A stretch of 38,586 bases of DNA from Octopus bimaculoides (Eukaryota). The first letter of the stretch is position 1. Each line of letters begins with the position of its first letter. A model generated the notes under the pieces. That model did no database searches and was not told the origin of the DNA. It saw only the letters and a program-made list of their open reading frames with translations. Shown in pieces: positions 24,917-36,482 of the stretch. The translations under genes and the position numbers were made by a program. The stretch lies in assembly GCF_001194135.2 (NCBI RefSeq), contig NC_069000.1:11363589-11402174 (forward strand). The letters run 5' to 3'.

Positions 24917-25039
24917 CACGCGGTTGATGATGCTGGACGAATGAGAGAAGAGAGCTTAATACATGTTGTAGAGGATGTATTCTTTTATTTTGCTATTAAA
25001 ATTGAAAGTAAGTGTTTGTGTCGCAACTCGAATTTCATG

Positions 25040-25529
25040 TCCGAAGATCGCAGTGTTAGTGGTAGTGTTGTTAGGGGTGAAGACAATAGTGTTGTAATAG
25101 TGGTAATGGTGATAATAATGGTGGTAGTGGGGAAGTTAGTGTTGTTGGTAGCTGTGGCGATATTAATTGTGGTAGTGGTGGAGGTAGTGTCGGTAGCGGA
25201 GCTCCTGATAATAGTGCTGGTACTGGTGGTCGTCGTGGCGCTGTAAACGGTGATAATGGTGAAAGTAGTGGTGAGATAGTGATGATGATGATGGCGAAAA
25301 TAGCCGTTGTGACAGTAGGACGATGTGCGTGGACGTTGTGAAGATTGTGTTGGTGTTATAGGTGGCGGTAGTAGCAGTGCTGTTGATGGTGTTTGTGGTG
25401 ATGATGGCTGCGGGGATATTGGAAGATGAGATTGTGAAGGTGATAGTGAAGATAACTGCTGTGATGGTGGGGGTTATTATAGTGCATCTGGAATTGGACA
25501 GAGATGGTGACGACGACGACGACGACGAC

Positions 25530-25566
<37 letters not shown>

Positions 25567-25601
25567 GTGATGATGGTGACGACGACGACGACGACGACGA
25601 C

Positions 25602-25680
<79 letters not shown>

Positions 25681-26180
25681 GTGGTTGTGGTGGTGGTGGT
25701 GATTGTGAGGGCAGTGGTGGCGGTGCTGAGATGTAGATTGAGGGAGCTATTGCTTGTGGTGGTAATGTGACTGTTGTTGTTGTTGTTGGTGGTAGTGTTG
25801 ATATTGTTGTTGGTGTTGGCAGTAATAGTGGCGATAACGGTGAAGTATGAGACGATGATGCCAGTGGTGGTGGTGGTGTTGGTGGTGGTGGTGGTGGTAA
25901 GGAGTGTCGGCGGCGGAGGCGACGCAGGCGGCAGTGTTGGAGTCGGCAATGGTGGTGGAGGTGGTGGAGGTGGTGAAGGTGGTGGAGGTGGTGGTGGTGG
26001 TGGTGGTGTCGGTGGTGGTACAGGTGGTGGTGTTGGTAAAGTAGGTTGGCAAAGTAAGTGGAGTTGGTGGTGGCGTTGGTGTTGTTGTTGTTGTTGTTGG
26101 TGGTGGTAGTGGTAGTGGTGGTGGTAGTGATTTTGGTGTTGGTGGCGGTGACGGCGAAGGGGTTGTTGATAATCAGGAGT
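25040..26180. repeat. Long compound trinucleotide low-complexity block (GGT/GTA/GAT/GAC/GTT)
   Basis: Directly visible, and the source of the poly-D, poly-P, poly-H and poly-T ORFs in the track. Confidence 0.95.
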
Positions 26181-26208
26181 GGTGAGGTGTTGGTTAAGTT
26201 CAACTAAC

Positions 26209-26356
26209 ACAGATGGTGAATCTCTGCTCTCCGGAAATATAAGCGTTTCCAATTCCCTTCGGTCTTATAAACATCCGCTGTACAATTCGGTTCAGAACGG
26301 TAACAAGAAGCAGTTGCAAAAAGCTTGTTCCAGCATTGCGAAGCAGCGCGGCTTAA
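26209..26356 (-). CDS. Candidate 148-bp exon
   Basis: Unique island between low-complexity blocks. actaac then ttgctag acceptor and t|gttagt donor. Frame LSRAASQCWNKLFATASCYRSEPNCTADVYKTEGNWKRLYFRRAEIHHL. Splice signals are only moderate. Confidence 0.3.
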
Positions 26357-27217
26357 CTAGCAACTGTTAGTTACCTCCACGTTGTGCCAGATGGGAGGAT
26401 TAGATATGGCCCTCCACACAAATACATACGAGTACCACATGCACAGACGCATAACGGCACAGACGCATATACAAGTGCACACGTCTCCTGATATACACCG
26501 AAACACGCGTGAAAATACACATACACACACAGATATAAGCTGAAACACTCTGATATCTCCATACATAGAAACACTCCCCCCCCACACATGTATACATCCG
26601 CATTCATACGCAGACACACACACACACACACGCAAACGAGCACACGCATACACCCACACAAACGAACACGCGCATATTCACACTCACATCCCTCCGAACG
26701 CACACCCAAGCGCACGCACGCATACACATATATACACATATGTCCACATCCACACACGCATATATATNNNNNNNNNNNNNNNNNNNNNNNNNNNNNNNNN
26801 NNNNNNNNNNNNNNNNNNNNNNNNNATATATATATATATATATATATATAGTCACACACTTTCAAATATAAGCGCGCATACACATACACACAGACATCGG
26901 TACACACACACAGACACATGTACATCCACATGCTCATATGTGCACATACGTACACGCACACACATACACACACACACAAACACACACACACAAACACACA
27001 CAAACCCACATGTACACATTCACACACCTCTAAACACATCCAAACCCATGTGTACGCATACACACACACATACACACACAAATCGTATTTCAATAATGTA
27101 ATATTGGATTACGATATTAAATCCGTTTCGGTCTTGAAATATAAATTAAGAAATTCAACGTTCGATTATTGGAATCATTCCATGTGCTGCACACGTTTTC
27201 AACGCTTGTAAGCTCAC

Positions 27218-27270
27218 TCTTTCATCGTAACCCTCACATCGTATTACGCGGTGACCCTGCACTCTAACCC
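27218..27270 (-). CDS. Candidate 53-bp exon
   Basis: Acceptor aaattttgtag and donor aga|gtgagc. The only open frame is (G)VRVQGHRVIRCEGYDER. It lies next to a family C SINE end, so it may be repeat-derived. Confidence 0.33.
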
Positions 27271-27284
27271 CTACAAAATTTCAC

Positions 27285-27440
27285 TGTCTCCACTTCTTGG
27301 ACTCATAGGGCCTGTTACCCTGTTTCTAAGGTGTATAAGTGACCAAGATTACAAATATCCCCCCTGGACAGGAAGCTAGTCCGTTGCAGTGTTACTCACC
27401 CACAGATGATTGAACTGGAGTAACGTGAAATAAACTGTTT
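27285..27440 (-). mobile_element. SINE-like family C, degenerate, interrupted by a MITE
   Basis: ccacttcttggactcatagggcc...ccccctggacaggaagctagtccgttgcagtgttactca...gaactggagtaacgtgaaataaactg. Confidence 0.75.
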
Positions 27441-27443
27441 AAC

Positions 27444-27560
27444 TCAGTGGTTCTCAACCATTTGAAAAATATTTTTGCTTATGGATCTCTTTGATTTCTA
27501 TTTTAATCAGGTCGACCCTCATAAACATTCAATGTTTTAAAAAACCCTAAAATATTGATA
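27444..27560 (+). mobile_element. hAT-like MITE fragment
   Basis: cagtggttctcaaccatttgaaaaat...tatggatctctttgatttc...gaccctcataaacattcaatgttttaaaaa, homologous to 3965-4070. Confidence 0.7.
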
Positions 27561-27749
27561 TAATTGAATATTATCAGGATCACATTCTGCATTTAAAAAC
27601 GAAAAGGCGTTGATAATCTACATCAATTTTTTTCAGCTTCAATATAACGATTTGGAAGTTATTAGAACTAAAGAGCTGATGTGAGAAAATAACAGAAACA
27701 AAAACTACAAAGTGCACTTATGAAGCTGATATCGGTAGGCCAGACCTAC

Positions 27750-27772
27750 CAGGTGCACAGGGAGAAGGGGGC
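27750..27772 (-). CDS. Candidate 23-bp microexon
   Basis: Acceptor catttttttgcatcag and donor ctg|gtaggt. Reads PPSPCAP(G) or (G)PLLPVHL depending on phase. Confidence 0.35.
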
Positions 27773-27977
27773 CTGATGCAAAAAAATGGGAAAATATTAA
27801 CAAGTAACCACAGTGGTCTAGAAAATGTATACGCAGAAGCAAACAAAAGCAGATTGATTAGGAGAGGGTAATACGAACAAAAAAGAAAATTAATAAAATA
27901 AGGCACAAAAAATACTATATAAAACATGGTTTTTGTATGTATGTAAGGATAAAATAGTTCAAATTAAACATCAGATG

Positions 27978-28052
<75 letters not shown>

Positions 28053-28199
28053 CATATCCAAACACACACATTCATATATATGTTTATAATAAAAATATAA
28101 AGTATAATATAACGATAATAAAACTGAACTCTATAAACTGTTATATAAAAGAATGAAGAAGGAAGTCTTTATTTTCCCGTTAGTGATGACGGAGGATAT

Positions 28200-28523
28200 G
28201 GTGTGTGGCAAAGAAAGCTGCTTTGCAACCGCACAGTTCCAGGTTCAGTCCCACAGAGTGGCACCTTGGAAAGTGTGTGGAAGTCCATCACACACATATA
28301 TATATATATATATATGGGGTGTGGTGCATGTCTGACTCCCAGTCTCACACCGCTTGACAACCGGCTTTCTTTGTTTGCGTGTCCTGGCTTAGTGGTTCAC
28401 CAAAAGACACCGGTAGAATAAATACCAGATTTAAAATAATATAAATTGATATGTTCTGCTAAAAACCCTTCAGGGGCTGTGCTCCAGCATGGCCGCTGTC
28501 CAATGACTGGAAACAAGTAAAAG
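28200..28523 (+). mobile_element. SINE family A, diverged and internally deleted
   Basis: Head ttccaggttcagtcccacagagtggcaccttgg and tail gctccagcatggccgctgtccaatgactggaaacaagtaaaag. Confidence 0.82.
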
Positions 28524-28567
28524 GCAAAAAAGTTAGAAGAGCAAATATAAGACTCGCTTCTAACACA

Positions 28568-28745
28568 GACACAAGGCCTGAAACTTTGGCCAATGGTGTT
28601 AATCAACGCCATCGATTCTATTACTTGGCTGGTACTTTTTTTTTCACCCAGCGTGGAAGAATGAAATGTAAATTTGACCTCGGAGGGATTTGAACTGAAA
28701 AAATATAAAGCCTCTGAACACATGCGCAAGGCATTTCTTCCAATG
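28568..28745 (-). mobile_element. SINE family B, diverged
   Basis: acaaggcctgaaacttt...gctggtactttt...gaatgaaatgtaaatttgacctcggagggatttgaact is the reverse complement of the family B body and B-box. Confidence 0.78.
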
Positions 28746-29093
28746 ATTTATTAGAAACAACGACGGTGATAAAAATATATGCGAAAAATCATCGTAAAAA
28801 CAAGAAAATAAATAAAGTAAAGCATATGTTAGCAATATATGCTTTAGAAAAATATACTGACATAGTAAGAGCATATTAAAGTTGTTTGGATACTAAATGT
28901 AGAGGGCTTTTCTTTTTCTTTTTGTTTTTTGGTCGTTCGTTTTCCTTGTTTATAATACATAGTGTGAAACTAATATATATATGTATGTGCATGTACATAT
29001 ATATATGTGTGTGTGTGTATGTATGTACATGCATGTATAATACATGTAATATATATTTGCACATATATATATATGCATATGTGCATATGTTTA

Positions 29094-29134
<41 letters not shown>

Positions 29135-29165
29135 GCACATATGTATAATGTATACATATATTTGC

Positions 29166-29224
<59 letters not shown>

Positions 29225-29377
29225 TGTACTTATAAGCACACGCTTAAGGAATGTTATATAACAGCACTGGCATTAGATACATTGCAGAAAAACAAACTCC
29301 ATGTTTCTAAGTATTATTTTAGTAGTTCCATGTGGCCAAGTGTCGTAAATCAAGACACCAGCCTCTGCGATATATAA

Positions 29378-30101
29378 TCGGCTAGAAATAGTAACCAAAT
29401 CTCCACAACATGAAGCTACACGGTATTAAAAAAGCGAAGAGTATGTCGCTTAATGTAATCATCCTAGTACACATCTGTATAGGGATACATATAACATTTG
29501 CATACTGAATATAGGATCACGAAAAAACGTAGAACAAGTTGCTTATTTGGAAATATTTTAGGAAGACAAAATGGTGGAAAATGCTGAAGAAGATCGAGTT
29601 GAGCTTCGGGCATTAAAAATCCATGTCTCTGTTTTCATTTCTGGTGATTGCACTATGGGAAGCCACTCTCAAATCGATCTAGTTTGTCATCGCATACGAT
29701 GTTTCTCCATTATGGGTCGCATAAGAAGAATAAGAAGAGAACGAGGGAGGAGAAAGAAGAGAAGTAAATTCCATCTTCTCTCAAGATGGAGAACGTCGAC
29801 CAGATTCTCTTAAAAAGACATAATGGTCAAGCTGTGACTAAACAACAACAGCCACAAAATCTGTTGGGCTGTGACTAAACAACAACAATAACAAAAATAG
29901 CCATTACATCACTTCCTGTAAGCGAGATCACAACGTTCTTTAAATGTCTGGTTAAAGACAAAAATCTATTTATTGTAACTTTTCCTTTTTTTATGACGCT
30001 ATGTTGTGATTTGAGGAAGAAATATTTGGTTGCCATTTCAGGCAGTTCGATCGTGCACATAACAGAATCAGCTTCCTCAAGTGGATCAGCCACTGAAAAT
30101 T

Positions 30102-30133
<32 letters not shown>

Positions 30134-32230
30134 NNNNNNNNNNNNNNNNNNNNNNNNNNNNNNNNNNNNNNNNNNNNNNNNNNNNNNNNNNNNNNNNNNN
30201 NNNNNNNNNNNNNNNNNNNNNNNNNNNNNNNNNNNNNNNNNNNNNNNNNNNNNNNNNNNNNNNNNNNNNNNNNNNNNNNNNNNNNNNNNNNNNNNNNNNN
30301 NNNNNNNNNNNNNNNNNNNNNNNNNNNNNNNNNNNNNNNNNNNNNNNNNNNNNNNNNNNNNNNNNNNNNNNNNNNNNNNNNNNCAAACAAAGATTGATCC
30401 GACACTTCAGCTCATCTTCTATGTTTATTTGTAATTACTTTCAGGACTTCCTTCCGTCTTTAAAACAAATCTGAAGAGCCGAGCGTAGCGTGGAAACTTC
30501 TCAAGTGATTTCCTACTCAAGATATCTCATTTCTACGAACGGCTAAAAATTCAAGGTTTTATATACTTATATATGAAACCATTGTTGACAAAGGGATGAA
30601 AGCTGAGCTAAAGATTGGAATTGCTCAAAAGAACGGGGGTTGCCTGAATATGGATGATCGGTTTTTGTAGAAATAGCAGCTAAACCCCAAATCAAATTGA
30701 ATTTTCGTTTTTCTTTCAACCAATTAACAGACCGATTATTTTGTAAATCGTTCAGTATATCGATCAATCGGCTCCTCATCAATGACATGTCCAGGATATG
30801 GATCAGAGAGTGTACATCACAGATGCGGTCGCGAATAGTGTCGAAAGGACTCTGACGAATCTAGATGATTGGTTGATTGAACGAACATCTAATCAAATAA
30901 TCGATGAGCTAATTGGTTAATTGGTTTACTAGATAACTAATAATAACAGAAATGAAATAGAACCAGTGCTAAAGGTACAACAAAATTACACTTGTTTTCT
31001 TCAAAATGGGAAATATATATTGGATAATAATGTCTAAGATATTCTATGTTTGAATAAAAGGTAGGATGATCACGGCTGGAATGCCTTTGATCAGGGCTAA
31101 ACTGCGGCTTGTTAGAAATAGCAGAATAATCTTTCTCACATTACACTACTATATTATGTTTATTTTTGATTTTTTTAAAAAGAACGACACATTGAATGAA
31201 TAAGAATTAGCAATCTATGTATACGTAAGAAGAACTCAGAACGTAGCGAGGGGCGAAATGCCGCTAAGCATTTCGTCCAGCGTGCTCACGATTCTGCCTG
31301 CTCGCCGCCTTGCATTTTATAAATAAATACGATTCTGACATGCATTTTATAAATAATGTTGACTATGTTGGTGATGTTGATAATTCTGATAACACTGATA
31401 GTGTTGGAAATCTGTTGATGATTATAATGGATAATTGATAGAGTTGGTACCAAACAATATGAGAGGAAATGTTAGCGTTTATAATGACATGAGCGGCCAT
31501 GTTAGTATTGGTGCAGTTGATAATGTTGGTAATGTTTCCGATAATACTGTTATCGGAAAATGTTTGATAATATTTATGCTATTTGTCGCCTTTTAATGCA
31601 TTTAATTATTACCTTCATTGCGTTCAAATCCCCACAAAGTCGATCAAATCCGGCTTGGTGTTAAACAACAACAATAACAATAACAACACAAATAACAAAT
31701 TATGCTATTCTATCTGCTAGAAACAGCAGCCAATTATCCCTGGACCTCTGGTATACATAAATGCATGACTATCTGTATATGCGTATCCATTATGTCTCGT
31801 CTCCCATTTTGAAGACAGATGAATGTGATTCGATGAGGTTTAGCTGCTATTTCTAGCGGCTCCTGTAACTATTTAAGGACACCTCTTGCGTTTTTGTTCA
31901 ATCGTTATCGTTTGTTCAGACCTCCGCATTTGTAGTTGTTTTAACCCATCGTGGGGCCGGGTGCAATTAAATAAATAAATAAAAGTCACTACAAGATATG
32001 CTATGAGCGATATTACTTGGCCATATCCCTGCAAAAACTATATTGTCGGAGCTTATTCGTCGTCACTGTTTCTGTTAGAAATAGCAACCGACTTCCTAGA
32101 AATCATATTCAACCGTGTTAGAAATAGATGAGTTGGATATCATATTACCGAGGTTCTTATACATAGCAACAAGACGGGATAGTCACGGTTGGAGTAACCA
32201 TCCTGGCATAGGTGTCCTTGATCAGGAATG
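29378..32230. repeat. Cluster of family D repeat fragments (tagaaatagcagccaaat...caaatcacac motif) in both orientations
   Basis: Copies at about 29378(+), 29960-30045(-), 30665(+), 31060-31200(+), 31716(+), 31785-31857(-) and 32070-32230(+), several near ctaaacaacaac-type tails. Confidence 0.72.
31222..31292 (-). mobile_element. SINE family B head fragment
   Basis: gaactcagaacgt...gaaatgccgctaagcatttcgtccagcgtgctcacgattctgcctgctcgccgccttg. Confidence 0.88.
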
Positions 32231-32599
32231 ACCAAGGGTTGAAGAACAATGAAAATCAATCAATACAGCCATACACAAAGACACACATACACTAGTTACA
32301 TACACATATATTATACATACACACATAGATAGATACATACATATACTCATATATATATATATATATATATANNNNNNNNNNNNNNNNNNNNNNNNNNNNN
32401 NNNNNNNNNNNNNNNNNNNNNNNNNNNNNNNNNNNNNNNNNNNNNNNNNNNNNNNNNNNNNNNNNNNNNNNNNNNNNNNNNNNNNNNNNNNNNNNNNNNN
32501 NNNNNNNNNNNNNNNNNNNNNNNNNNNNNNNNNNNNNNNNNNNNNNNNNNNNNNNNNNNNNNNNNNNNNNNNNNNNNNNNNNNNNNNNNNNNNNNNNNN

Positions 32600-32640
<41 letters not shown>

Positions 32641-32949
32641 ATATATATATATATATACACACACACCCAAATCATAAACGCACAGTCGCACACTTGCGAA
32701 AACACACCAATATGCAACTACGCAACTATAAGTATTTACCTACCTACAGTTATATTTATATATTCACTACACACAACAAGCCTTGTAGTGGAATACAGAA
32801 ATGTAAGACATATTCCACCATATTCCACCAAAAGCAGACTTATTCATACTTACACAAATAAAATACAAAAGTACATGATACTGAAAGACACACACATATA
32901 CAAACCTACGAATTTATAAACATACACATATATACATACACACAATTTT

Positions 32950-33260
32950 TCAGCCAATCAAAATGCTTTGCTAACGTAAATTCCATCATGTAGTTGTTGG
33001 TATTAATAATGAAGAAAATGTAAAAATTCTGCTTGAGGAAGATGTCGTCTGCGAATAGAAGCGAGAAATGACAGCTGTTCGCTTCAAGCGTTGTCATTAT
33101 CGGCTCCGGCTCACCACTACCACCACCACCATCACCACCATCACCAACAACACCACCACCACACTTCCGCTGCTCACATCTTCGCTTTGACAAGCCGTTT
33201 AGTTGTTGATGGCGCGCATCCTCATACAAATAATGGCTAGATCATCCGCCATCTTTGATG
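32950..33260. promoter_or_regulatory. Promoter-like CpG-enriched island (CCAAT, ETS, YY1-like motifs)
   Basis: agCCAATca at 32951-32960, cacttccg at 33162-33169, ggcgcgc at about 33211 and ccgccatctt at 33246-33255. Confidence 0.4.
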
Positions 33261-35295
33261 CATCAACTATCTCCGTTTCTTTCTTTTCTTCTTGTTAGCA
33301 GAACGCTATCTTTAAGAGCTGTTTTATTTTTAATAAGAAAACCTATTGAGGATAAGCTACAATTAAACGGTCATCGGCATATTTGTACATATACTTACTT
33401 ACACAAATGGAGATATTTTGATTTCGATATATANNNNNNNNNNNNNNNNNNNNNNNNNNNNNNNNNNNNNNNNNNNNNNNNNNNNNNNNNNNNNNNNNNN
33501 NNNNNNNNNNNNNNNNNNNNNNNNNNNNNNNNNNNNNNNNNNNNNNNNNNNNNNNNNNNNNNNNNNNNNNNNNNNNNNNNNNNNNNNNNNNNNNNNNNNN
33601 NNNNNNNNNNNNNNNNNNNNNNNNNNNNNNNNNNNNNNNNNNNNNNNNNNNNNNNNNNNNNNNNNNNNNNNNNNNNNNNNNNNNNNNNNNNNNNNNNNNN
33701 NNNNNNNNNNNNNNNNNNNNNNNNNNNNNNNNNNNNNNNNNNNNNNNNNNNNNNNNNNNNNNNNNNNNNNNNNNNNNNNNNNNNNNNNNNNNNNNNNNNN
33801 NNNNNNNNNNNNNNNNNNNNNNNNNNNNNNNNNNNNNNNNNNNNNNNNNNNNNNNNNNNNNNNNNNNNNNNNNNNNNNNNNNNNNNNNNNNNNNNNNNNN
33901 NNNNNNNNNNNNNNNNNNNNNNNNNNNNNNNNNNNNNNNNNNNNNNNNNNNNNNNNNNNNNNNNNNNNNNNNNNNNNNNNNNNNNNNNNNNNNNNNNNNN
34001 NNNNNNNNNNNNNNNNNNNNNNNNNNNNNNNNNNNNNNNNNNNNNNNNNNNNNNNNNNNNNNNNNNNNNNNNNNNNNNNNNNNNNNNNNNNNNNNNNNNN
34101 NNNNNNNNNNNNNNNNNNNNNNNNNNNNNNNNNNNNNNNNNNNNNNNNNNNNNNNNNNNNNNNNNNNNNNNNNNNNNNNNNNNNNNNNNNNNNNNNNNNN
34201 NNNNNNNNNNNNNNNNNNNNNNNNNNNNNNNNTAGAGAGAGAGAGAGAGAGAGAGAGTGAGAGTAAATAAGCATTACATTTTCCAGAATATGATCGACCA
34301 ACTTATTCTTCCTCAAAATTGCTGCCCTTGCGCCTAAACCACTACAAATTTCTTTCTCTCTCACCATTTTTCACACACACACACACATGTACTCCCTCCA
34401 CACACACATACTCACGCGCACATATGCATACATACTAGCACACCTATACGTATCGTGATGTAGGCATAGGAGGTATAGAATATAATGTTCTCGTAGTATA
34501 TTAGTCGAGAAAACAAATATTGCATTCACAGCAGTTGTTCGATTGTCGGCTGTATACATTGTATTGAATCCTTGGGCAAGGCACTTAACTCTATTTACTT
34601 TTGTCAGTAAACTGTTGACATGAAATACTCTGTAAATAGCTCCTATGGTATGTTCAGACATTATAATGGAATAATACATGAATATACATTGTCCAAATAA
34701 AATCAAATGCACTTTCTGTTTACGAGCGAAGATAGCTTTATGCATACATACACACACATATACATACATACATATATATATACTTATTTGGTAGACGGAA
34801 ACTGAAAGAAGCCCTTCGTATATATNNNNNNNNNNNNNNNNNNNNNNNNNNNNNNNNNNNNNNNNNNNNNNNNNNNNNNNNNNNNNNNNNNNNNNNNNNN
34901 NNNNNNNNNNNNNNNNNNNNNNNNNNNNNNNNNNNNNNNNNNNNNNNNNNNNNNNNNNNNNNNNNNNNNNNNNNNNNNNNNNNNNNNNNNNNNNNNNNNN
35001 NNNNNNNNNNNNNNNTATAGAGAGAGAGAGAGAGAGTAAATAAGTATTACATTTTCCAGAATAATCTGAATGCTAGATGGTTAAATCCTAGATGGTTACA
35101 ACATTGTGTTTTAAAACATCAAAGGAGTGGTGGTGGTGGGGGGGGGGAGTATTTACAGAATATTGCCTGACCTGAGAGTTTGTTGACAAAGCAAATATAG
35201 TTAAGTGCCTTGCTTAAGAACTTAATGCAATATCTACAGCCGATAATCTATAGATTGCTGTGAATTATAGTGTTTGTTACTTCAAGTAATATACA

Positions 35296-35402
35296 GAGAG
35301 AAGAAGGCAGTATTTCGTCTGTCTTGATTCATTCGGCTAAAAAAAAAAAAAAAAAAGCGGTGCCCCAGCATGACCGCAGTCTAATGACTGAAATAAAAGA
35401 TG
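35296..35402 (+). mobile_element. Chimeric SINE fragments (family B internal piece plus family A tail)
   Basis: gcagtatttcgtctgtctt followed by attcggctaaaaa...gcggtgccccagcatgaccgcagtctaatgactgaaataaaaga. Confidence 0.65.
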
Positions 35403-35635
35403 AGGGAGAAGAAAATAAAAGCAAACAATACCCCCACCAACAATATTCATGAATGACTAATTATATTAATTTAATTATTTCAGCAAATACGAGATCCGAC
35501 CTAGATGTCTCATCACACAAGGTGTTCATGAATAATTTTTACAATTTTCAGAATTTATCGCCCAGATGTGTCACGTGCAACTGATGAAGCCCACATGGAA
35601 GTGTTCTGATGTTTCTAATAAAATCCTGTTTTATC

Positions 35636-35727
35636 ATTTTATTCTTTTACTTGTTTCACTCATTTGATTGTGGCCATACAGGAGCATCGCGTTTAGTCGA
35701 AGAAAGCGATCCCGGGACTTATTCCAG
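35636..35727 (-). mobile_element. SINE family A tail abutting the mariner relic
   Basis: attcttttacttgtttcactcatttgattgtggccatacaggagcatcgcgtttagtcgaagaaagcgatcccgggacttatt. Confidence 0.82.
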
Positions 35728-36127
35728 ACTGTGGAGCGTTGATTTTTGCTGTTTTCGCTCAAAGTGTGCGGCACAGTTCCTGAACCTTGCTCATTGAGTG
35801 AAGGTAGTTCACCACAGTTTTTTTTTTTTGATCCCAATCCATCTGCTCCGCCAATTCTCTGGTCGTTTGACGTGGATTTTCCGGAAGAAGTTGATTCAAT
35901 CGCTCTTTATCAAACTCAGCTGGTAGACCGGTGTGTGACCCGCCCTTAAAGTTAAAATTCCCATTTTTGAAACACGGAAACCAACGGTGGGCTGTACTTT
36001 GGGGCATTGCTCCTTCTCCATACACTGCACTAATCTTATGAGCAGCTTCGGCGGCCTTAACACCGCGATTAAATGCAAAAAGCAAGTGGTGTCGAAAATG
36101 CTCAGTCTTGTCTACTTGACATTCCAT
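35728..36127 (-). pseudogene. Decayed mariner (Tc1/mariner, DD34D-type) transposase, N-terminal HTH region through the WVPHEL-like linker
   Basis: ATG at 36127 gives MECQVDKTEHFRHHLLFAFNRGVKAAEAAHKISAVYGEGAMPQSTAHRWFPCFKNGNF...ERLNQLLPENPRQTTRELAEQM, a typical mariner paired-like/HTH N-terminus. After a frameshift near 35780 it continues VPHTLSENSKNQRSTV (WVPHEL motif). It is truncated at about 35728 by a SINE tail and no catalytic domain is present. Confidence 0.92.
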
Positions 36128-36237
36128 TTTAATGATCTGAAATGACACAAAAATCAATAAAATTGAAAAAATCAAAAGACACTAGTTTGAAGATTAAAAA
36201 AATTTCTTTTAAATGACATAAAGCATTTTGCCAATAC
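35728..36237 (-). mobile_element. Truncated mariner element, 5' half including degenerate left end
   Basis: Transposase relic plus AT-rich leader up to a degenerate TIR-like end (minus strand tattggcaaaatgctttatgtc). The boundary is approximate. Confidence 0.75.
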
Positions 36238-36315
36238 GTTTTATTTCTGCGTGCGTTTTTAAATTTCAAGAAAAAAAAAAGAACGCTCATGAATTATTCC
36301 TCAACCGAATATATA

Positions 36316-36482
36316 TATACGACGGGTTTCTTTCAGTTTCCGTCAAGCAAATCCACTCACAAGGCTTTGTTCAGCCCCAAGCTATAGTAGAAGACACTTG
36401 CCCAAGGTACCACGTGGCGGGATTGAACCCGGAACTATGTGGTTGGGAAGCAAGCCTCTTACCACATAGCCAATCCTGTCCC
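36316..36482 (-). mobile_element. SINE family A head and body
   Basis: gacgggtttctttcagtttccgtc...aaatccactcacaaggctttg...gctatagtagaagacacttgcccaaggtaccacg...gaacccggaactatgtggttgggaagcaagcctcttaccacatagcc. Confidence 0.9.

Noticed and set aside
25163-26252. 346-aa and 298-aa minus-strand poly-T/H/P/S ORFs resembling mucin, extensin or formin
   Set aside because: Multiple frames on both strands are open because of trinucleotide composition, the sequence drifts between homopolymers, and there is no convincing start or splice context.
26209-26356. F-box protein assignment for CWNKL...WKRLYFRR
   Set aside because: The LP..I...IF..L core of the F-box is missing and the similarity is superficial.
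29571-29813. 80-aa plus-strand ORF MVENAEEDRVELRALK
   Set aside because: No recognisable domain or splice support, the Arg-rich end derives from a purine-rich low-complexity tract, and the length is within chance expectation.
29875-30096. Exon VADPLEEADSVMCTIELPEMATKYFF
   Set aside because: The frame runs straight into a family D repeat and has no donor before it.
33390-33432. Strong minus-strand donor tgt|gtaagt
   Set aside because: No acceptor AG before the upstream TA repeat and gap, so it cannot be evaluated.
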